DNA of 62,965 bases, filler included, from Octopus bimaculoides (lineage: Eukaryota), in the NCBI RefSeq assembly GCF_001194135.2. It is 4 parts of 4 records of this genome, joined end to end, with 100 filler letters (N's around TTAATTAATTAA, not from the genome) between each part and the next. Parts side by side here need not be neighbours in the genome. Positions count along the whole stretch, not along the records: positions 1 to 29,921 come from NC_068981.1; 3 more parts are not named here. One strand, given 5' to 3'. A program made the translations under genes and the position numbers. This document shows, in pieces, positions 1-14,245 of the stretch. Numbering within the stretch: position 1 is the stretch's first letter; each line of letters begins with the position of its first letter. The notes under the pieces are model-generated. The model saw nothing but the letters and a program-made list of their open reading frames with translations, was not told the DNA's origin and ran no database searches.

Positions 1-1356
1 AAAAGTTATTTCAAAGCTGTTTCCATTTTATAATTGTATTTTTACAAGGGAGAAAAGGAGAACTAGATGTCAGGGTAGGGAAAAATTAGTAACCGAGGTA
101 AAACGAGTAATTTCTGATTTCTCCTTACTTTCTCCCTACCTCTTCGAAATCATAACAGTGATGCTGTATATATATATATCAGGAAGAGAGCCACTTCAGC
201 AGATCATGAAGAAGCTATACAGAACATTGTATTTACATTTGACGGATATTTGTCCTCTTAACCACTATACCATATTTTATTTAGCGAGGTCGTTGCTGGA
301 CTGCTTCCTGTGCAGGTAGCACATAAAATAAACCATTTTGAGCGGGGCCGTTGCCAGTACCACCTGACTGGCCTTCATGCCGGTAGCACATAAAAGCACC
401 CATTACACTCTCTGAGTGGTTGGTGTTAGGAAGGGCATCCAGCTGTAGAAACTCTGCCAAATCAGATTGGAGCCTGGTGTAGCCATCTGGTTCGCCAGTC
501 CTCAGTCAAATCGTCCAACCCATGCTAGCATGGAAAGCGGACGTTAAACGGTGATGATGATGATGATGATATATATATCTATATCTAAATATCAGTATAT
601 TAGGAAATCACACACACACCCATGCACATACACACATTTTGTGTACACACACACACACAAGTACACATCAGTATATATGTATATATGTGCATCTATGTGT
701 TTGTGTGTCTGTGCGTGTATAGTATAAGACATATTTCATCTGTAGTCACTCGTACATATATCAGTGTAAAAAATGTCCAATATATCTTAAAGTGTCTCTG
801 TGGTATTCTGATTTCCTCTCAAGCTGAGTTTGTGTGAATTACACTTGTACATCTGTCTACTGAATCCATATGGTTTTGGGGGTATGGATATGGAAAATAA
901 ATAAAAGTGTGAGCCTTCCGGCTTCCCCTTCGAATCAGCTTATTAGTAATAAGTTAACATATTATCTGATGTTTATCTGTAGGCTAATGTCTTGATACTC
1001 CATAACATTCTTAGATATTTTAATAGGCAATGTTGTGTTTATATATAATTATCTCTGTTAATGACTGTGTGTATAAATGTCTATAAATGCATGCATTTAT
1101 GTGTGTGTGTGTGTATATATGTGAGTGTGAGTGTATGTGTGTGTGTGTGTGTGTGTGTGTAGAATTGTAAATGATTGGGCAATTAGAATTTAAATTGTGT
1201 ATGAATTTAAATTGTTAATAAGTTCCTGAAAAGCAGTGTGTGTTTGTGTGTATGTGTTTATATATGTTCAGATGTATTCAAAAATAGATATTCATGTGTA
1301 AGCAGTTTTCTTGTCTTTGTTTATGTTAAGCGGTGTGTGCTTATGTCTGTCAAACT

Positions 1357-1397
1357 ATCTATCTTTCTATCTATCTATCTATCTATCTGTCTATCTG

Positions 1398-1468
<71 letters not shown>
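1357..1468 (+). repeat. (TATC)n microsatellite running into a gap
   Basis: Read directly from the sequence. Confidence 0.95.
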
Positions 1469-2270
1469 NNNNNNNNNNNNNNNNNNNNNNNNNNNNNNNN
1501 NNNNNNNNNNNNNNNNNNNNNNNNNNNNNNNNNNNNNNNNNNNNNNNNNNNNNNNNNNNNNNNNNNNNNNNNNNNNNNNNNNNNNNNNNNNNNNNNNNNN
1601 NNNNNNNNNNNNNNNNNNNNNNNNNNNNNNNNNNNNNNNNNNNNNNNNNNNNNNNNNNNNNNNNNNNNNNNNNNNNNNNNNNNNNNNNNNNNNNNNNNNN
1701 NNNNNNNNNNNNNNNNNNNNNNNNNNNNNNNNNNNNNNNNNNNNNNNNNNNNNNNNNNNNNNNNNNNNNNNNNNNNNNNNNNNNNNNNNNNNNNNNNNNN
1801 NNNNNNNNNNNNNNNNNNNNNNNNNNNNNNNNNNNNNNNNNNNNNNNNNNNNNNNNNNNNNNNNNNNNNNNNNNNNNNNNNNNNNNNNNNNNNNNNNNNN
1901 NNNNNNNNNNNNNNNNNNNNNNNNNNNNNNNNNNNNNNNNNNNNNNNNNNNNNNNNNNNNNNNNNNNNNNNNNNNNNNNNNNNNNNNNNNNNNNNNNNNN
2001 NNNNNNNNNNNNNNNNNNNNNNNNNNNNNNNNNNNNNNNNNNNNNNNNNNNNNNNNNNNNNNNNNNNNNNNNNNNNNNNNNNNNNNNNNNNNNNNNNNNN
2101 NNNNNNNNNNNNNNNNNNNNNNNNNTATATATATATATATATATATATATCCTCTGACCAGATGGTTTGGGGTTCAGTCCTATTGTGTGGCAGTTTGTGT
2201 TGTCTTCTCCTATAGCCTTGGCTTGGGCTGACCAAAGCCTTGTGAGTGAAATAAGTAGACAGAAATTCTG

Positions 2271-2308
<38 letters not shown>

Positions 2309-2817
2309 TATGCATAATATAGCATAATATATGTATGTATGTATTTGAGATTTGTACTTTTGGGCAAGTGACTTGATCTGAGTCTACCTGATGAAACTAA
2401 AACAGTTACATTGAGGGAAAGACATTTTAACTATTTTAGAATGTACAAAAATAATATGTTAAATAATTTTGAGACTTCTCAACTGACATAATTTCATGGT
2501 ATCTGTCAACCCATGCCTACATAGAAAGCAAATAATGTAAAACAATTACGTCAATGTATAACAGTAGCTTATCCTGTATGAATATGAGACATCTTATGCA
2601 TATATAAGTTATCTAAATGAATACAAATGGCAAATAAGAGATTCTAATAAATCATTCCTTTGTATGAAAGGGAGCTGGAAATTTATATGTACTCTGTCTC
2701 AATTACATGGTTTCGATTTAAAAAATTGGATGCACTGACTTAAGTATCAGGTATCAACTATATATTTATATGTGTGTGTGTGTGTGTGCATGGGTCCTGA
2801 AAGCATATCGTTAATGT

Positions 2818-3490
2818 CTATTTCACTACTTCCCTTGCACCAAATCTGTTCATGTTGAGCATTCCCCACAACTTACCTTGTAACGCCTGTCTCTCCTTCA
2901 CCCTTCTAAATTTGGCTCTTTTTTTCCTCAACAACTGTAAATATATATGAACAGAACTGCACATATTCCATACCCACTTTTGTGCTCTCAGTTTCCTTGG
3001 AAGCACTTCCCTTGTCACCCTTCCTGCATTCTCAACATCATTATCACTTTATTTCCCACTGAATGCCCCTTTCGTCTGAACACTGTCTTGTATCTGCTAT
3101 CGATGGCTACCCAACATTTTGTTTGTAACTTACTGTATCCACCCTTATGCACTTTCGACCTCTATCTCTGCTAGTGTGCTACCTCTAGTTTTTGTGTATT
3201 GCCATGTACCACCACTTCCTCCCTGACCAGCTCCTATTTTCCTTTATCTTCGCTGCCAAACTAAGATTCACCACTGACTATGCCTCCACCTATGTTCACC
3301 ATTCACTGCATTCACCTTTATCTCCATCACTATTCATTGATCACTTTACTTTCACATGCTGACAAATCTATACATTCAGCTATCCTTAATTCTTTATCCC
3401 CATTCTCTCTTTATCCACCTTCTTGTTCCTTGAGGGTATGTTCTAACACCTCATCCCCATCATCCTTTTCTACTTTCCTGATGGGGTAAC
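2818..3490 (-). mobile_element. Degenerate RTE-like LINE fragment (endonuclease/linker region)
   Basis: Purine-rich minus strand with remnants resembling the APE/linker region seen at 10020-11330; many stops. Confidence 0.5.
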
Positions 3491-3786
3491 CATGGATCTC
3501 CTGTACAGTGAAACACCTACATCTGTTCCTTTGTCATACTTTAACCTCTGAACAACTGTTACAGATCCACCCTCCCAATTCAATATTATATCACCAGTGA
3601 CCTCAGTAGTCCTGGTTCCATGAAAAAAGCATTCAGTAACACTCTGTTGTAAAGTGGTTGGCATTAGGAAGGGCATTCAATTGTAGAAGATATGGCAAAG
3701 CAGATGTCAGGGTTCAACAATCTCTTCTGGCTTGTCAGATCCTGTAGAACTGTCCAACTGATGCCAGCATGAAATACAGGCATTGA

Positions 3787-3821
<35 letters not shown>

Positions 3822-3846
3822 ATACATACATACATACATACATACA

Positions 3847-3876
<30 letters not shown>

Positions 3877-3877
<1 letters not shown>

Positions 3878-4571
3878 TGGGTCATCCCATAAATAATGGG
3901 GGTTTTTTAATGTTTTATTTTTCAAAATTAAGATAAGCAAAGTTCTTTTTTTAATCTGAAATATACTCTCCTTCATTTTCTACAATGCTCTTCCTCACTG
4001 TATGTAGCTGAGCATTATCCCGATGGAAGAACACCTTTCGTCCTGAAACCAAAGATGGTCGTTTTTCTTCTTGCGCTAACTTGAATGACTGATTGAATGA
4101 CCAAATCCAAGCTTCTCTGTTAGTTCCTCAACAGTTACAATGGAATTTTGTTCCACCAGGGTTTGCAGGACATCCTCGTTGAGCTCTACAGATCTTCCAG
4201 GACGAGTCTTGTCTTCTAGACTATAGTTTCCAGCTCAGAATTTCTGGAACCACTGTTGACACTGGCTTACGCTTATTGTCCGATCCCTATATACTGCATT
4301 AATATTCCTTGCACTTTCCATTGCATTGTTACCTTTATTGAACTTATAAAGCAAAATATTCTGAATATGCTCCTTTGTCACTTCTATTATAGCTTTGAAA
4401 AAATAACTGTTAAAATCAAACTGCACTCTTCAAAATGTGCACCAAGAATAAGGTCTGGGTAAAATTACTACCTGCTTTTATAGCAAGTTGATGCCGGTAG
4501 TTTATCCCACCCCTCCTCCGACTTTTAGTTCATGCAATTGAAAAAGCCACATTATTTATGGGCTGACCCAA
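3877..4571 (-). mobile_element. Internally deleted mariner element
   Basis: TIRs TTGGGTCATCCCATAAATAATG (left) and CATTATTTATGGGCTGACCCAA (right), preceded by TA. The minus-strand peptide EHIQNILLYKFNKGNNAMESARNINAVY...QWFQKF is a mariner N-terminal HTH. Confidence 0.85.
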
Positions 4572-5284
4572 TGCATACATACATACATACATACATACAT
4601 GTATGCATGCATGCAAATGGTACTTGTACCAGTGGCACGTAAAAGCACCCATTATACTCTCAGATTGGTTGGCATTAGGAAGGGCATCCAGCCATAGAAA
4701 ACTATGCCAAGTCAGACTGGAGTCTAGTGCAGCCTTCCAGTGTGCCAGCCCAGTCAAACTGTCCAACCCATGCTAGTATGAACAACAGACGTTAAATGAT
4801 GATGATAATGATAATGATGATATTCTGAATCACAACTGTCCAATGGCAGTTTTTTTGTGATGTTTTTGCAGCTTTAATAATAAAGCATATTACTCTACCT
4901 CCAGTATTTGAGTACTAATTTTTACCACCTTTTTTCACATTTATGTGCTTACGCTGGTATATATATATATATTATTATGTATTATATAATATATATAAAA
5001 TATATATAATATATGTATAAATATAATATATATAATATATGTATAATATATTATATATTAATACTATTAATATATGTATAATATGTACTATATATATAAT
5101 ATATGTATAAATATAATATATATAATATATGTATAATATAAATATATATAATATGTGTATTATTTAATTTCTCTGAAGAATTTCTAATAGGAAATTCCTT
5201 ATATATCTAACATGTAAAACTTTGTAATTTCTATTAGCAAATGAAACAATATCATGTTTTGTTATACATATATGTCTGTGTATG

Positions 5285-5318
<34 letters not shown>

Positions 5319-6382
5319 CACACACACACGCACACACACACGCGCNNNNNNNNNNNNNNNNNNNNNNNNNNNNNNNNNNNNNNNNNNNNNNNNNNNNNNN
5401 NNNNNNNNNNNNNNNNNNNNNNNNNNNNNNNNNNNNNNNNNNNNNNNNNNNNNNNNNNNNNNNNNNNNNNNNNNNNNNNNNNNNNNNNNNNNNNNNNNNN
5501 NNNNNNNNNNNNNNNNNNNNNNNNNNNNNNNNNNNNNNNNNNNNNNNNNNNNNNNNNNNNNNNNNNNNNNNNNNNNNNNNNNNNNNNNNNNNNNNNNNNN
5601 NNNNNNNNNNNNNNNNNNNNNNNNNNNNNNNNNNNNNNNNNNNNNNNNNNNNNNNNNNNNNNNNNNNNNNNNNNNNNNNNNNNNNNNNNNNNNNNNNNNN
5701 NNNNNNNNNNNNNNNNNNNNNNNNNNNNNNNNNNNNNNNNNNNNNNNNNNNNNNNNNNNNNNNNNNNNNNNNNNNNNNNNNNNNNNNNNNNNNNNNNNNN
5801 NNNNNNNNNNNNNNNNNNNNNNNNNNNNNNNNNNNNNNNNNNNNNNNNNNNNNNNNNNTGGGGGGAACAAAATTACTGAGAATGCAAGTTTCATTTCTGT
5901 CTACAAAATTTTCCTTTTTTTTTTTTCTGTTTCAAAAAATTCCATACATAAAAGTATATATATAGATTCCTATGTCTATATGTATCTCTGCAATTTCTTA
6001 TCAAAAGGTCTATGATATCTTTTGATGACTAATTATCGATCATCAATTTGTAGGAAATAATGTCTGCATTAAAAATATTTCAAACACATTATTTGATTTT
6101 TACACTTAGGATCTGCAAAGATTATGGGTATAGTTCGTCCAGCACTAATGATTTTGTAAATAATATGAGAAAACACTGACAAACATGCACACATTTCTAT
6201 TGTGTCTAATAAGAATATTGGATTTGGTAAATACTTGGGTTTATAATGAATGAACTATTCTGATTCATGTATGTGTGTGTTTGTTATACAAACATATATA
6301 TTTATGTATCTGTATAATGTGTGAGTGAGTGTGTGTACATATGCATACATACATACATACATACATACATACACACACACAT

Positions 6383-6429
<47 letters not shown>

Positions 6430-6585
6430 TTCACATAATACATATATATTAATTATATTTGTGTTTGTATGAATGTATGCTAGATAGATGTGTGTGTATT
6501 TATGTGTGTGTATTTGTGTGTGTGTGTGGTATAAAATTGTAACGATTTTTTGGACGATAACTGATGAGGAAAGAGCATGTCTATG

Positions 6586-6629
<44 letters not shown>

Positions 6630-7071
6630 GTCATCATCATCATACATCTGTTTTCCATGCTGGCATGGGTTGGATGGTTTGATAGGAAGTGGCCAACTCT
6701 GTGTCTGTTTTGCCATGGTTTCTATGGCTGGATGCCCTTCCTAATGTCAACTACTTTACAAAGTGTACTGGGTGCTTTTATGCAGCACTGGCATGGGTGT
6801 TTTTTTGTGGTGCACCAGCACCCACAAGCCTGCAAGATTAGGAATGCTCAGCTGAAGAAGGATGCAAGGGACATGCCTGTATGTAAGGACAACCACAATG
6901 TGTCTTCTCAAGCACAGCAAACCACCAGCAGTCTTGATCCCCATGTCATCCCCCCTGTGAGACCCAATATTTGAAGATCGTTTCTCACCACTTTGTCCCA
7001 TGTCTTCCACATGTTCCCTCCACAATTAGAGATTGGCACCTCTTGTTGAGCTTCTGTTTTAATTTTTGAAA

Positions 7072-7112
<41 letters not shown>

Positions 7113-7288
7113 ACGCGCGCGCGCGCGCACACACACACACACATGCACAGGCACACAGACAGACAGACAGACAGACAGATAGACAGACAGACNNNNNNNN
7201 NNAAGTAAAAGGACCAGGACATGTGTTGATTAGTCATAGAGGTGTTATTTTCAGTGTCCAGCACAATGGACAGACAGACAGACAGACA

Positions 7289-7331
<43 letters not shown>

Positions 7332-7540
7332 ATATGACCACTGAAATCCACAATTTTTTTTCATTCTCTCTCTGTTTATTTTCTCTTATTTATTTCTGTT
7401 GAAGAGCGCAGGCTCAAAACGTAAAAGACTTTCTTACTTTCCCGAGCGTCAAACTACTACACTTGCTTGTTGTTCATGCACATGTCTTCATCTTTTGTTT
7501 TTCTATAACTTTCAACTATATATATATATACATACATGTA

Positions 7541-7771
7541 GATCTCAAAACAAAAGACTGGGAAAATTTGGTATATTTTTAATTCCAAGTTACACATATT
7601 TCGTTACAGGATAATAATTATTTTTGAGTCTTTGTCTGGAGAATTATGAATAGGAGATTCTATACAGGTTTTTTTCTACACATATACCTTTGTAACTCCT
7701 ATTCTGTAATGGAAGATGTGGAACATGGAATTAGAAATATACCAAATTTCTCCAGTCTTTGGTTTTGATAT
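7541..7771. repeat. Degenerate fold-back/MITE, ~75-bp inverted arms
   Basis: ATCTCAAAACAAAAGACTGGGAAAATTTGGTATATTTTTAATTCC versus the reverse complement at 7697-7771. Confidence 0.7.
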
Positions 7772-7907
7772 GCAATTATTTTGCAAATAGCATTTCAAAT
7801 GCTATGTATGTCTCATTCAAAATAAAACATCTATGTACATACTTTCAATTACTGTGAACATGGAGATGTGTCCATGAGGATACAGCTTAGATTATAACCC
7901 TTTATAC

Positions 7908-8040
<133 letters not shown>

Positions 8041-9191
8041 TAAGAAGAAGGAGGCAGTCAGAATTTTGGATAATTCTCTTTTGGTGCTTTCATTTGCCAA
8101 TAAAGAAAGAGTTGGTTTCTAACCTAGATTCAAGGCTCCTTCATTGGAATTTCAGCATCAACAACAGAGTATGTATGTATGTATGTACATACATAGGCAC
8201 GTATGTATTTATATATAAACCATATAATTGAAGCAGGGTACAAATGAGTTTGAGTTTGCATATATATATATATATATGTATGTATATTTAATTGAGGAAA
8301 AGAGAAATCAGATTGATGTTACAAACATTTCTGTTAACAAACTTTGTTTATTCCACATTACATATAAAGTTATGCAATGCATAAAATTTACGTATGTGAC
8401 ATATATAATATCATTATTATTTATTCACTACCTCAGACATCCTGATTTGAAACACAATCAGCTTATCACATATTTATTCTATAAAGCGGTTGGTGTTTGA
8501 TAGGGCATCCAGCCGTAGAAACCATGCCAAATCAGACTGGAGTCTGGTGAAGCCTCCCCCTCCCCCCCAGCTTGCCAGCTCTAGTCAAACCGTCCAATCA
8601 ATGCCAGCATAGAAAATGGACATTAAATGAGGATGATGATGATGATATGTTCATATATATGTGTGTGTGTATGTGAGTGTATGTGTGTGTGTATGTGTGT
8701 GTTTGTGTGTGTATATATGTATATATATATNNNNNNNNNNNNNNNNNNNNNNNNNNNNNNNNNNNNNNNNNNNNNNNNNNNNNNNNNNNNNNNNNNNNNN
8801 NNNNNNNNNNNNNNNNNNNNNNNNNNNNNNNNNNNNNNNNNNNNNNNNNNNNNNNNNNNNNNNNNNNNNNNNNNNNNNNNNNNNNNNNNNNNNNNNNNNN
8901 NNNNNNNNNNNNNNNNNNNNNNNNNNNNNNNNNNNNNNNNNATATATATATATATATATATATAAAAGAGCGTAGCTCGAAACGTCAAAGACTTTCCGTA
9001 TTCCCGAGCGTCATACTAATATATACTTTTGTTATTTACACCACCTGTCCTCGTCTGTTGTTATTATTTGTATATTCTCCCATATATAAAGAAGTCCTAT
9101 TGAATGATAACATTTGGTAGCTGATGCCAGGGGAGGAGCTTTGGAAAGCATGCTATAAGGTTATTACCCAGATTATATTAAAATATACATC

Positions 9192-9223
<32 letters not shown>

Positions 9224-9844
9224 AATATATATATGTGTGTGTTTCTCTCTCTTTCTCTGTATATATATATATATACACATAGATGCATACATACATACGT
9301 ACATATATTCACATGCAGACAATTGTAGCTCAAATTTTTCCCTGATTAGATTGTCAAAGTATTTTGCCCTATTTCTGACGTGTTTCATTATGTTCCCCAT
9401 GACTGCCTTTTGCTCTCTGGATGTCTGGTATGTATATAATGTTGATGGTAAGTGTGTGTGTGTATATGTTTCTTGTTGGCTTCCTGTGTGATGTGTGTAT
9501 ATGTGTGCCCATAACTGGCTTTTAATGATTAATGTCTCTGTTAGTGTGTGCGTGATTTTACTACACACACACACACACACACATTTTGTTTTATTTTCTT
9601 TTAGCTGAACATCTTGTGGATTTTTATTATTATTGTTTTGCTGATTCCTTTTGCGATATTGCCATGGCCAGTTTTTGTCTAGTTCTATGTCTGTCTGTCA
9701 GTCTGTCTACCATTCCGTATGTTTGTTTTTGGCTGCTTGCCATTCTGTCTATCTATACATTTTACACACACATGCATACACTTATTCCTAAATATACATA
9801 CACTCATACAAGTGAACACACACACAGGCAGATGCACACACACA

Positions 9845-9970
<126 letters not shown>

Positions 9971-10019
9971 CATAAATATTGCTACCATAATAAACTGGAA
10001 GTTGTTGACAACTGAGTGC

Positions 10020-11330
10020 TGATTGACACCTACATGCATTTCATTACTAATTCTCACCTCACTGGTGGCGTCTTCATCTCTGCACATGGCTTGCACAGTT
10101 TTTATAAGACATTTATTTACACCTTAGTGTAGCAACCACCAGACTAGAGAGTGTCTTATCTAGTCAAAAGCCTTCTCCACTTTAACAACTTTAAGGTACA
10201 ATGACCTGTCCTTAGCTAAGTATCTCTGTAGTTTTCTCAGTAAAAATAAGACAATCAGTGGTACCTCATTCAAACTGATCTCAGGTAAGCTAATTTTCCT
10301 TCTAATTAGCTGTGCTACTACTCTTATGCTATTCCCATAACTTGTAGTAGCTCTTTTTTGGAGCATCTCCTCTGCTCTTACAGCAGTTGATACCATTGTG
10401 CTGGACACTGAAAATAACACCTCTATGACTAATCAACACATGTCCTGGTCCTTTTACTTTCCCTCTGTTCTATAACGGTCATGTTGCTTTCCCTACCTTC
10501 CTGACCTTAATTGCTCTTTTGATTGTAAAGCTGCTGACCTCAATTACTGGTCACTCTGTTGTATCCGTTTGGGATGGGCCCTCTCTCTTCCACACATTCT
10601 CCAGATTTGGTAAGATCTTTTGCAGTGGCATCCCCATACCTTTTCCTTCTCATTACATACATATTTTTCTGCAATAATATCTTATTTACACTGATACACT
10701 GCTTTGAAATCTGGAAGACCTCATTCTTCTGATTCTTACATTGGTAAAATTTTTACTTTCTTTTTCTCTCATTTCTAAGTATAACTGACATTTAGTTTCT
10801 CTTGTGGCCACTCACTATCATTTCTTACTGCCTCTTTGATTTATGTCTTTGTCTATCATAGGTTCCGTTTCAACAATGTATCCCTTCCAACCTGGCTGGA
10901 ACATTATTCCATCCACATATCTGATCGGTGGCTCTCAGCAGTTTGTTTCTTAGAAATACCTGGTTGTTTGTCTCAGTTGTCCATCTCTTCTTCCTTCTTG
11001 CTGCTGCATTCACTTCTACCCCCATTTCTACCATCTGTCACTTCCTTTCATACTCTCATGAACCTATCTACTTACCCTCAGTTCTCTGTCCTTACTCTCT
11101 CTTTATCCACATTCTTGTACCTTGGAGGTATGCCTTGACACCATATTTCCACAGTCTTTTCTCCTCTATCCTGTTGGGGGCCATGTCTCTCCTCTACAGC
11201 AAAATGTTCATTCTTGTCCTCCTACCATGCTTTAGTCTTTCAACATCTGCCACAAAGCCACCTCCACCATTCTGTGCTCCCATTCTGTTTTTGTCTTGCA
11301 AGCTACTTGGTGACCTCACTAGCACTGGTT
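10020..11330 (-). mobile_element. Degenerate RTE-like LINE (endonuclease to RT N-terminus)
   Basis: SLYLKVVKVEKAFD resembles the RT motif LYxAFVDLEKAFD; upstream endonuclease-like remnants with stops. Confidence 0.65.
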
Positions 11331-11599
11331 CCAGAAAATTATCATTCGGTACATACTGTAAAGTGGTTGGCCTGAAATACATATACATACACAGGCATAT
11401 ATGTATTTGCACATATTAAATTATTATCTTGAGAAATTGTTATTTTCTACTTTTGAAATGATGGCTTTGTGCAAATAAAAAGATGATATAACTGGAAGTT
11501 AAGAAAAAAACCCAGAAAGCTTATGCCATGGGGACATATTATTGAGAAGGTATGTTGGCAGAGTTGATTGAACTGTTGACAGGCCCTGCCCTCACCAGC

Positions 11600-11981
11600 A
11601 TCCACCTATATGGACATTCATAAGAATGCAACACAATGTTCCAATTTAATTTATACAGGTAGATGGCCCTGCTCAGTATGTAGAAAAGGAGTAGGTAGTA
11701 ACTCTATAAGATGTACCCGGTGCAAGCTATGGACACATAAGAGGTGCAGCAACATCAAAGGCAGGTTAACTAGGAAGTTAGTTTTTGTTTGTGGCAGATG
11801 TTCAGGTGCAATAAAGACTGTAAACAAACAGGAAACAACTTCTATCTCATTCCAGGGTGAAAAACTAGAGGTAGTCGATAGCTTCCGCTATCTGGGCGAC
11901 CAAGTTAGTAGTGGGGGTGGGTGCGCTGAAAGTGTAGCTGCTAGAATAAGAATAGCCTGGGCAAAGTTTAGAGAGCTCTTA
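11600..11981 (+). mobile_element. RTE-like LINE RT C-terminal region with a PHD-like C4HC3 insert, cut by a gap
   Basis: WPCSVC...CTRCKLWTHKRC...CGRC followed by EKLEVVDSFRYLG and ARIRIAWAKFREL; open frame. Confidence 0.85.
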
Positions 11982-12935
11982 NNNNNNNNNNNNNNNNNNN
12001 NNNNNNNNNNNNNNNNNNNNNNNNNNNNNNNNNNNNNNNNNNNNNNNNNNNNNNNNNNNNNNNNNNNNNNNNNNNNNNNNNNNNNNNNNNNNNNNNNNNN
12101 NNNNNNNNNNNNNNNNNNNNNNNNNNNNNNNNNNNNNNNNNNNNNNNNNNNNNNNNNNNNNNNNNNNNNNNNNNNNNNNNNNNNNNNNNNNNNNNNNNNN
12201 NNNNNNNNNNNNNNNNNNNNNNNNNNNNNNNNNNNNNNNNNNNNNNNNNNNNNNNNNNNNNNNNNNNNNNNNNNNNNNNNNNNNNNNNNNNNNNNNNNNN
12301 NNNNNNNNNNNNNNNNNNNNNNNNNNNNNNNNNNNNNNNNNNNNNNNNNNNNNNNNNNNNNNNNNNNNNNNNNNNNNNNNNNNNNNNNNNNNNNNNNNNN
12401 NNNNNNNNNNNNNNNNNNNNNNNNNNNNNNNNNNNNNNNNNNNNNNNNNNNNNNNNNNNNNNNNNNNNNNNNNNNNNNNNNNNNNNNNNNNNNNNNNNNN
12501 NNNNNNNNNNNNNNNNNNNNNNNNNNNNNNNNNNNNNNNNNNNNNNNNNNNNNNNNNNNNNNNNNNNNNNNNNNNNNNNNNNNNNNNNNNNNNNNNNNNN
12601 NNNNNNNNNNNNNNNNNNNNNNNNNNNNNNNNNNNNNNNNNNNNNNNNNNNNNNNNNNNNNNNNNNNNNNNNNNNNNNNNNNNNNNNNNNNNNNNNNNNN
12701 NNNNNNNNNNNNNNNNNNNNNNNNNNNNNNNNNNNNNNNNNNNNNNNNNNNNNNNNNNNNNNNNNNNNNNNNNNNNNNNNNNNNNNNNNNNNNNNNNNNN
12801 NNNNNNNNNNNNNNNNNNNNNNNNNNNNNNNNNNNNNNNNNNNNNNNNNNNNNNNNNNNNNNNNNNNNNNNNNNNNNNNNNNNNNNNNNNNNNNNNNNNN
12901 NNNNNNNNNNNNNNNNNNNNNNNNNNNNNNNNNNN

Positions 12936-12997
<62 letters not shown>

Positions 12998-14049
12998 TAT
13001 GTGTATAATATGAACTGATATGAAACTATGCCCACACATACATATACACATGCATATAGACAGCTTCGGCATAGTTTTTGCCTATCTAATTTTACTCACA
13101 ATGCATTAGTGAACCCAAAGTTACAGTTGAAGAAAATTTTGCCCCAAATGCTGCAGTTTGGACTCAAATTTAGAATCATATGTTTATGAAACAAATTTTT
13201 GTATCACACCGCTATTATGTCTGCATGTTTTGAAAATTAATATTTGCTAATTGCTTAGAATCCAGTATTTTGCATATTTCTCAATGCTGAAAATAGTGAA
13301 AATCATTCAAATCAAGAAATAGTAAAAATCTTTTCTGATCTTCCTTTCTTTTTCAATTATATAATTTTAATGTAGTCTCAGAAAATATGCACTATTTTAC
13401 TTTCTCTCTCAGTCATATGGGTTCAACATTGATTTATCTTACTTACTTAAGCCCTTTACTCCATAAGGAGCATACCCCATCAACAATTTTTCTCCACTGT
13501 TCTTAACTCTGAGCTGTCTGTTCTGTTTCTTTGATTTTGAATTGTGATTGATGCTTCAGCAACTTTGCTTATTCTTGGTAAGGGTCTTGGTCTTATACAA
13601 AGCCATTTTTGCCTCTAGGAAGAGGTGATCCATATTAGGTTTGCGTGGGAAGCCCTACAAGTAGCTAGTTCTCCTTGGGCATAGCTTTCAGGGTCATTGA
13701 AGCATATAAGCCAACACACTACAAGAATTGGACCTTGTGGTGGTTTAATTTATCTTGGTTGTACATAATTTTGAAAAGGGAGTGAGGAGTGGGTATAATA
13801 AAACCAATTGGATACTGTTTATAACTGGTACTTGTTTCATTGATTCTGGATGAGTGAAAAGCAATGTCAACCTTGGTAGGATTTGAACTCATAATAGATT
13901 ACAGATTTGTTTAGTGGCACCCATTAATTACATTAATATTATGATATAATGTCTGCAACAGAAAATGAGGCTGAACTTTGTAACAAGAAGTGCTCATGGT
14001 TTGCTAATTCATCTAAAAATATAGAAAAGATTTTATCACATCCCTTTAT

Positions 14050-14245
14050 GACATTTTCAAATCTTCTTTGGAAATGGTAAGTTCCCCTGAAAAACTATCC
14101 TATCTACAAGGAAGAAAGAAGCAAAACTAATGCTAATGATTTCAGGCCAATTTCTTTGACTTCTTATATTAGTAAGCTCATGGAACAAATTATCAAAGAG
14201 AAATTGCTTATGTTCTTAGAGGGAAATTACTTAAGTGATGCTTCT
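14050..14245 (+). mobile_element. CR1/L2/Jockey-group LINE RT N-terminal fragment
   Basis: NDFRPISLTSYISKLMEQIIKEKLLMFLE motif. Confidence 0.75.

Noticed and set aside
911-925. ETS/GABP-like CTTCCGG motif as a possible housekeeping promoter
   Set aside because: A single 7-mer with no linked first exon; expected by chance.
1238-2315. Long ORFs spanning N gaps (also 5241-6015, 11888-13072, 31539-32018, 46693-47453, 51278-51819, 59087-60695)
   Set aside because: The length comes from N runs and microsatellites (IYIY, CVCV, HTHT); there is no coding signal.
6110-6155. Possible PGS1 first coding exon (ATG GGT ATA GTT CGT...ATT TT|gtaaat, phase 2)
   Set aside because: The phase fits, but the donor is weak, there is no recognisable homology, and it does not look like a mitochondrial targeting peptide; it needs RNA evidence.
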